DNA of 64,000 nucleotides, taken from a virus. Taxonomy: Duplodnaviria > Heunggongvirae > Uroviricota > Caudoviricetes. The translations under genes and the position numbers were made by a program. Every line of letters starts with the position of its first letter. Within the stretch, counting starts at the first letter, position 1. Below are positions 58,722 through 64,000 of the stretch, in pieces. The stretch is taken from positions 384,001-448,000 of IMG/VR virus record IMGVR_UViG_3300020045_008999, one strand, 5' to 3'. The notes beneath the pieces are model-generated. The model did no database searches. It was not told the DNA's origin and worked only from the letters and a program-made list of their open reading frames with translations.

Positions 58722-60257
58722 TTATAATTCAGATTCTAACTGCTTAATTTCGTTTAATATATCAGTAAGCTCGTCTTTCTTGGCCATCATTATCTTTTTA
58801 TTTTTCTTACGATCGGCAAATACATCCTTTAACATATTTATAGTTGGTGAACATCGCTTATTAAACACTGTATTGTTCACACAGCGAACGTGATTAACAT
58901 CATCGATAACACTACCATTGGTACAGAAACCCGGATTTTTTTTATCAATCAATCCTATAAAATTTTCAGGAGCTATAAAGAACTGGGTTTGGACAGATGG
59001 ATAAAGTGATGCAAAGTCATATGTCACACACCATCTATTCATTCCGACTACCGGATCTTTTACCCAACCCCCCTCAATACCTTTAGCTTCTGGTTTATCA
59101 CCACTATCTTTGAAAAGTACTACATTGTCTTGTGCTCTAAAACGGTTACGCAAAACCCCCTCAGTGATAGCGAGAGATGCTAATGACGAGTTGACTTGGT
59201 TAATAACATCGGTCACTTTTATCTTAGCCAATGATGAAATACCATATACAATCGATATGTAGTTACGAGCTTGATGAATTTTTTGCACCAAAACTGAATC
59301 GACAGCATTATAATACATAAATGTTTCGAAATCATCTTCGTACAAAGTATGCAATTGACCATTAAATTTAATCTTATCAACACCAACAAGTTTACTACTT
59401 ACAAAATCGAGAGATGACGATTCTTTAACCTTGATGGATGTGTCACTAATGTCATACAGTTGCATATAATCAAATATCATTCGATGTTCGGGAAGTTCAA
59501 GCCCATCCTTCATCCATACTTTATTAAGTTTTTCCGTTGGTGACGATACTTCTGGTTTGATGGTATACAATTTGCCACTTATGGTCTTCGTTACTTTCCT
59601 CGAACGATTAACAAGATATGTCCAGTCATAGTCAATAAAATTCCAACCAGTGATTACTGTCATTTTTGGTACCATTTTATAGAAAAAAGAATACAGCATA
59701 TCAAATTCATCATCATATTTAATATATTTGAAATCATAGACTACGTTATCTTTTTTGAAATACTCATTAGTATTATTGTGTATTCGTTTTTGTTGCTCTT
59801 TACTAAGGTCCTTCAATCCCATTAGAATGATTTTATCCTCATATACTACTGAAATTGATAGAATTCGAGTACTAGCACCTTCTTTACTAAGATTTCCCAA
59901 AACATCAAACTCATCTGCTGGTGGCGCATACCCATCATCACCCTTTTCGGTTTCAATATCCACAAAGTAAATTTCCGGTAAATTGTATTCAAATATTTCA
60001 TCCTGAACTTCGATTGGTAAAGCATCTAAAAATTCATATATAGCATAACGATCTGGGTGATTCACGCGTTCTTTTTTCACCGGAAACCCATCCCACGATT
60101 TAAATACCGGTTCTTGTTCCGGATCACCATAATCGCATTTTACATATTTAGTAGGATGCTCCCAGTGGAAGTATTTAATTTCAGTTTTACCAGACTTTCC
60201 AATAAAACTTACGATTAATCGTTTAGAGTAATAATCGTATTCCGTATCTATTAACAT
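58722..60257 (-). CDS. Family B DNA polymerase, N-terminal half (exonuclease plus motif A); start revised to 60257
   Basis: DIET, GWNFIDYD, YNAVD, YDFASLYPS; ends in fingers helix, motifs B and C absent. Confidence 0.9.
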   Translation of the reverse strand: MLIDTEYDYYSKRLIVSFIGKSGKTEIKYFHWEHPTKYVKCDYGDPEQEPVFKSWDGFPVKKERVNHPDRYAIYEFLDALPIEVQDEIFEYNLPEIYFVDIETEKGDDGYAPPADEFDVLGNLSKEGASTRILSISVVYEDKIILMGLKDLSKEQQKRIHNNTNEYFKKDNVVYDFKYIKYDDEFDMLYSFFYKMVPKMTVITGWNFIDYDWTYLVNRSRKVTKTISGKLYTIKPEVSSPTEKLNKVWMKDGLELPEHRMIFDYMQLYDISDTSIKVKESSSLDFVSSKLVGVDKIKFNGQLHTLYEDDFETFMYYNAVDSVLVQKIHQARNYISIVYGISSLAKIKVTDVINQVNSSLASLAITEGVLRNRFRAQDNVVLFKDSGDKPEAKGIEGGWVKDPVVGMNRWCVTYDFASLYPSVQTQFFIAPENFIGLIDKKNPGFCTNGSVIDDVNHVRCVNNTVFNKRCSPTINMLKDVFADRKKNKKIMMAKKDELTDILNEIKQLESEL

Positions 60258-60281
60258 ATGCTTGTTTATTTTTATGTACAT

Positions 60282-60309
60282 ATTATACCTAATAAATAAG
60301 CATTTGTTT
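60282..60309 (-). promoter_or_regulatory. AAAC-N18-TATAAT promoter for polymerase
   Basis: Exact motif; abuts the ATG at 60281, favouring 60257 as start. Confidence 0.65.
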
Positions 60310-60343
60310 AAAAACTTTTACTTCTATTTATATTATACTATAT

Positions 60344-60559
60344 ATGGAAAAATTCAACCCGGGTGATGTAGTAATTAACCATTATACTAATCGACAGTCT
60401 GCTACACGATGCATATTTCTTTCATATAACACTTATAGCGAAGCAATCGTAAATTTGGTTGATTCCAATGACCTAATCATTAGGACATATGTCAATGATA
60501 TTACATCAATATCATTGTATAGACAAATAATAATAAATGATATTTTAAATATTGATTAA
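60344..60559 (+). CDS. Small hypothetical protein
   Basis: AAAC-N18-TATACT at 60312-60339; terminator after stop. Confidence 0.65.
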   Translation: MEKFNPGDVVINHYTNRQSATRCIFLSYNTYSEAIVNLVDSNDLIIRTYVNDITSISLYRQIIINDILNID

Positions 60560-60561
60560 AC

Positions 60562-60596
60562 AAAAAAAGGGTTCCCAAATGGGAACCCTTTTTTTT
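60562..60596. terminator. Bidirectional terminator after major capsid gene
   Basis: A7-gggttccca-aa-tgggaaccc-T8. Confidence 0.9.
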
Positions 60597-60611
60597 CTAT
60601 TTACTATTTTA

Positions 60612-62285
60612 TTAGTTCAAGTAAGATGCAGCATCCTTAACAATAATAGTCATATATTGTTTTTGTGGATACCATCCCATTTCAGCTACTGCATAACGGG
60701 ATCTCAATAGTAATTTAGGAGCCATAGTAGCTTCTGAAATAATGTTTATTGATTGTGCCATTAAATACGGTACGAATAAGATACCTGGTTGGTCTGCATT
60801 GTTTTTTCTACCAACTAAAATTCTATTGTCATTGAATTTCATGTATGGATCTACGTAGATAGTAATATCTCCGATTGAACCTACTGGATACAATTGACCT
60901 GAACCGTTCATTTTAGATTTCAATGGATTAACAGTATATCCAGCAACATCCATAAGAGCTGCACCAATACCACCATTTGTTACTAAGAATTGTGCTGGTC
61001 CAACACGTCCTTCTGTAGCTAAGAAGTTAGAAGCATGAACAACTTTAGTGATCAATTTTCTTTGAACTGCGTGAGTTGTTTCACCACCTGGACCACCTAC
61101 TACATAATTAGTATCTAAATCAAAGATTGTTTGTCCAGCAATACCAGTCGCACCTGAAAGTGGAGCTGATTGTCTGTTTAAATCTCCCATTTCAAACAAT
61201 TTAGCAATAATTTGTTTTGAAATTGTTTGTGACAATTCGTTAACCAATACTGATTCCATTTTTTGAACAATATCTAAACCTGTATTAGCTTTAATATCTT
61301 CAATTTCAGTTCTTCTTAATGCAGAAGTAACTTCGATTGTTCCAACAGTTACTGTTTTAGAAGAAACTTTTGGTCCGATAACACCAGCATAGTGAGTATC
61401 ATCTTGGTATCTATCCATTGGGTAGTCACCAGCACTGTTCTTTCCAGTCCAGTTAGTAACAAAACCTGGGATGTGATCCTCTAATGCAGATACTAATGAT
61501 ACCGCAGTTTCTGATACACCTGTTACACCAGCGATACCAGTGATTGCAGATTGAATTGATACAGTTGGTCCAAATGTATTAGCGTTAGCATCAAAAACGT
61601 ATGATTGCATACCAGCAGTTCCTGAAAAGTTACCATTAGCGTTAGCTTGACGGTAAGCTCTAAAGATTGGCAAGTTGTCAATTCTAGAGAATCCTAAAAA
61701 TTCAATAGCATTTGTTTTTGAAGTTGGAGCAGTAAGTGTGAATGCACCACCAACGATAGTTCCGTAAACTCTTTTAGAGATACCACCTACAGTTTCAGTT
61801 ACTCCTAATGTAGCTAATGAAGCTCTAATAGCTGCACTAACCGCCGTGTTTTCAGCAACAGAAACTTTGAAAACTTGTGGTCTTCCTTCTGCTAAATCAA
61901 CATCATCGTATTGGAAGTCAATGAACAATAAATCGATTTTCGGACCTGGTGTTGGTTTAACCGCTACTAAATCCAAACCGATAGTTTGAGCAGCAATTTT
62001 CATAGCAACCGGTAATAGGTTTTGACCTAAATCACCTGAACCAATGTTTGAGTTTGCATAACCACTTGATGGTAATGTTCCACCTACGAAAGTACCTGGT
62101 TGTGCAGAAGTGATATTTCCCATACCAGCGATACTTGCGTTAGCGTAAGCATTTTCGTTGATAGAGTGAAATTCAGCATATTCAGACATCCAATCAAGTC
62201 TTGTTTCACCTTGAACACCCATGTTCTCCAAAACTGGAGTCCATTTTTTCAAAGCTTTTGATTTGTCTATTCTAATGTGTGACAT
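60612..62285 (-). CDS. Major capsid protein (T4 gp23-like)
   Basis: KKWTPVLE, IGLDLVAVKP, EDIKA..GLD, L.NELSQ.I, VYVDPY-like, FVPY, P.L..RSRYA. Confidence 0.93.
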   Translation of the reverse strand: MSHIRIDKSKALKKWTPVLENMGVQGETRLDWMSEYAEFHSINENAYANASIAGMGNITSAQPGTFVGGTLPSSGYANSNIGSGDLGQNLLPVAMKIAAQTIGLDLVAVKPTPGPKIDLLFIDFQYDDVDLAEGRPQVFKVSVAENTAVSAAIRASLATLGVTETVGGISKRVYGTIVGGAFTLTAPTSKTNAIEFLGFSRIDNLPIFRAYRQANANGNFSGTAGMQSYVFDANANTFGPTVSIQSAITGIAGVTGVSETAVSLVSALEDHIPGFVTNWTGKNSAGDYPMDRYQDDTHYAGVIGPKVSSKTVTVGTIEVTSALRRTEIEDIKANTGLDIVQKMESVLVNELSQTISKQIIAKLFEMGDLNRQSAPLSGATGIAGQTIFDLDTNYVVGGPGGETTHAVQRKLITKVVHASNFLATEGRVGPAQFLVTNGGIGAALMDVAGYTVNPLKSKMNGSGQLYPVGSIGDITIYVDPYMKFNDNRILVGRKNNADQPGILFVPYLMAQSINIISEATMAPKLLLRSRYAVAEMGWYPQKQYMTIIVKDAASYLN

Positions 62286-62316
62286 AATAATTTTTTATTT
62301 TTATTTTTCTTTTAAC

Positions 62317-62325
62317 TATATATTA
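62317..62325 (-). promoter_or_regulatory. Late promoter motif TAATATATA for capsid gene
   Basis: Recurrent motif upstream of structural genes. Confidence 0.7.
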
Positions 62326-62369
62326 CCATTTTAAACCCTTTTTTAGCAGGGGTGGATTTTTTATAGAAA

Positions 62370-64000
62370 TTAAACTTGTCTGAATCTTTCCATGATTGCA
62401 GTCATCTCATTATCAGATAATTTATCCTCTTTAATGATGCTGTCATGAGACACTAATATTTTATTAGTAGATTCATTGGTTTTGAATTGTCTTGTTGCCC
62501 AAAAATGTTCTACCTTTGTTTCGGTATCCAATGATGTGGCCAATCTACCTTGCGATATGATTGATTTTTTAGACGTTTCAGTTAACCCTTCCCAGATTGG
62601 CTTGATATCATCAGGCATTAATCTGATCAATTTGTCTTCTAAGGACTCGTTTGTAACCGAGATTGCTTCTTGTATTAATTTCAAAACATCTTGACTAGTG
62701 TAATAGCTTCTTTCGTTTATATGAAGTTTAACTTGTTCTTGCTCTTCGTTAGTTAATGTGTAATAACTATCGATTTGAGATTTGTTCAAAAATTTCAAAA
62801 AGTGTAAATCAGTTGTTTCAGAAACTTTACGTTTAGTAGTTTCTAAAATTAATTTATTTATTTGTAATGATAATTCAGATTCGGATTCGCATACTACTGC
62901 ACACTCATCACCAACGCAGTTTTCATCATCTACTACGTCAACTACATCGGCAGTTTCAACTTGGTCTTGTGCATCAACTTCATCAATAGCATCGTTGTCA
63001 TTAACGACAGCTGATTCAATTACTGATTCTGTAATAATAGTTTCTACCGGAGCTACAGTATGCGTAACAACAGTTATAGATTCAAATCCAGCTTCGGTTG
63101 GTGATGGAAATTTAATACCATTGTTTTCAAATACTTTACCACCATTCAGCCCCTCAGCAATCATTGCTGAATAGCTAATGTTTTTGTCTAAGCTTTCCGC
63201 AATATAATCAACATAAGAAATGTTGTTATCCAAATTTTCAGCGATGTATTCAGAATATGCAATGTTCCCCTCTAAGTTTTCAGCGATGTATTCAGAATAT
63301 GCAATATTGTTATCCAAATTTTCAGCGATGTATTCAGAATATGCAATGTTCTTATCAACACTCTCAGCGATATATTCAGAATATGAAATATTACGATCTA
63401 AGTTTTCTGCTAGATATTCAGAATAGGTAATGTTTTTATCTAAGTTTTCAGCGATGTATTCAGAATAAGTAATATTTTTATCTAAATTTTCTGCCAAATA
63501 CTCAGTATAATTAACGGTTTTTTCAATACTTTCCGCTAAATAATCATTGTGTTTGATCAACTTAGTAGTAGTCTCTTTTAATGATTTATTTTCATTAACC
63601 ATAATTTGAACACTTTCTGCTAAATAGTCTAAATATCCAACAATTTTGGTATTTGTGTTGTTTAGCTCTTCATAATATTCAAGTAATTTAATTACCTGAG
63701 CTGGGTCTTGTTTACCCTCGTTTACTGCTTTACTAACCATGTCTCTCGTTTTCATAATCTCACCATTGATGTACTCAGAATATTGAGAAAGCTGCTGTTT
63801 AGTAACGATGTCATTTTGATTCATATTAAATAATTCGTTAGTTTTTGACTCGTCGGATAGATCATATATCCTAAAGTTTGTTTGTTTTTCTTGGAATCCA
63901 AGAGATTCATTTATAGATGACATTCTTGCTGAACCAAAACCTGGATCCGCTACAATATCATATGTAAATAATTTTTTAAGAGATACTGATCCATCAGATT
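62370..64000 (-). CDS. Prohead protease (gp21-like) fused to scaffold/core protein; 5' end outside window
   Basis: Frame open upstream of 63923: SDGSVSLKKLFTYDIVADPGFGSARM (gp21-type D.VADP motif), then coiled-coil repeats. Confidence 0.8.
   Translation of the reverse strand, partial: SDGSVSLKKLFTYDIVADPGFGSARMSSINESLGFQEKQTNFRIYDLSDESKTNELFNMNQNDIVTKQQLSQYSEYINGEIMKTRDMVSKAVNEGKQDPAQVIKLLEYYEELNNTNTKIVGYLDYLAESVQIMVNENKSLKETTTKLIKHNDYLAESIEKTVNYTEYLAENLDKNITYSEYIAENLDKNITYSEYLAENLDRNISYSEYIAESVDKNIAYSEYIAENLDNNIAYSEYIAENLEGNIAYSEYIAENLDNNISYVDYIAESLDKNISYSAMIAEGLNGGKVFENNGIKFPSPTEAGFESITVVTHTVAPVETIITESVIESAVVNDNDAIDEVDAQDQVETADVVDVVDDENCVGDECAVVCESESELSLQINKLILETTKRKVSETTDLHFLKFLNKSQIDSYYTLTNEEQEQVKLHINERSYYTSQDVLKLIQEAISVTNESLEDKLIRLMPDDIKPIWEGLTETSKKSIISQGRLATSLDTETKVEHFWATRQFKTNESTNKILVSHDSIIKEDKLSDNEMTAIMERFRQV
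63153..63551 (-). repeat. About ten 42-bp/14-aa repeats (YSEYIAENLDKNIx)
   Basis: Visible in DNA and protein. Confidence 0.92.

Noticed and set aside
771-63426. Numerous 60-140 aa ORFs nested antisense or out of frame within long genes
   Set aside because: They lie within well-supported genes, have atypical composition and lack promoter or start context.
63153-63551. CRISPR array (also considered for 13605-13658 and 34230-34915)
   Set aside because: Repeats are contiguous, in-frame coding repeats without unique spacers; no cas genes.
1-64000. Stop-codon reassignment as in some megaphages
   Set aside because: Conserved genes are full length in the standard code, TAG and TGA end genes at sensible places, and there is no suppressor tRNA. 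The nrdA and polymerase breaks are at TAA.

Overview
AT-rich segment of a large T4-like (myovirus-type) jumbo phage, read in the standard code. Host is probably Bacteroidota, inferred from TAnnTTTG promoters, CCA-less tRNAs, a GGC-resume tmRNA tag and A-rich starts without Shine-Dalgarno. It carries head genes (capsid, portal, protease-scaffold fusion, gp2, gp4, gp14-like), tail/baseplate candidates, a gp55-like sigma, replication genes (clamp loader, DnaB-like helicase, N-half of a split family B polymerase, DinG-like helicase, DEDDh exonuclease), NrdB and a split NrdA, plus GreA, PhoH, RNase R, YqeY, a methyltransferase, a tmRNA and an 8-tRNA operon. Top finding: the tRNA operon sits behind an apparent ribosome-sensing attenuator. 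A 35-codon leader ORF (39715-39822, missed by the ORF track) has 24 consecutive codons that specify only the seven amino acids of the downstream tRNAs. It is followed by mutually exclusive antiterminator/terminator hairpins ending 2 nt before the first tRNA, so the tRNAs may be made only when those host tRNAs are depleted. Also notable: about 14 late proteins with a T4-like capsid-targeting N-terminus, an exact AAAC-N18-TATAAT promoter class, a split NrdA with oppositely charged tails, an attC-like cassette and a candidate ncRNA. All protein calls come from motif recognition by eye; no searches or folding programs were run.
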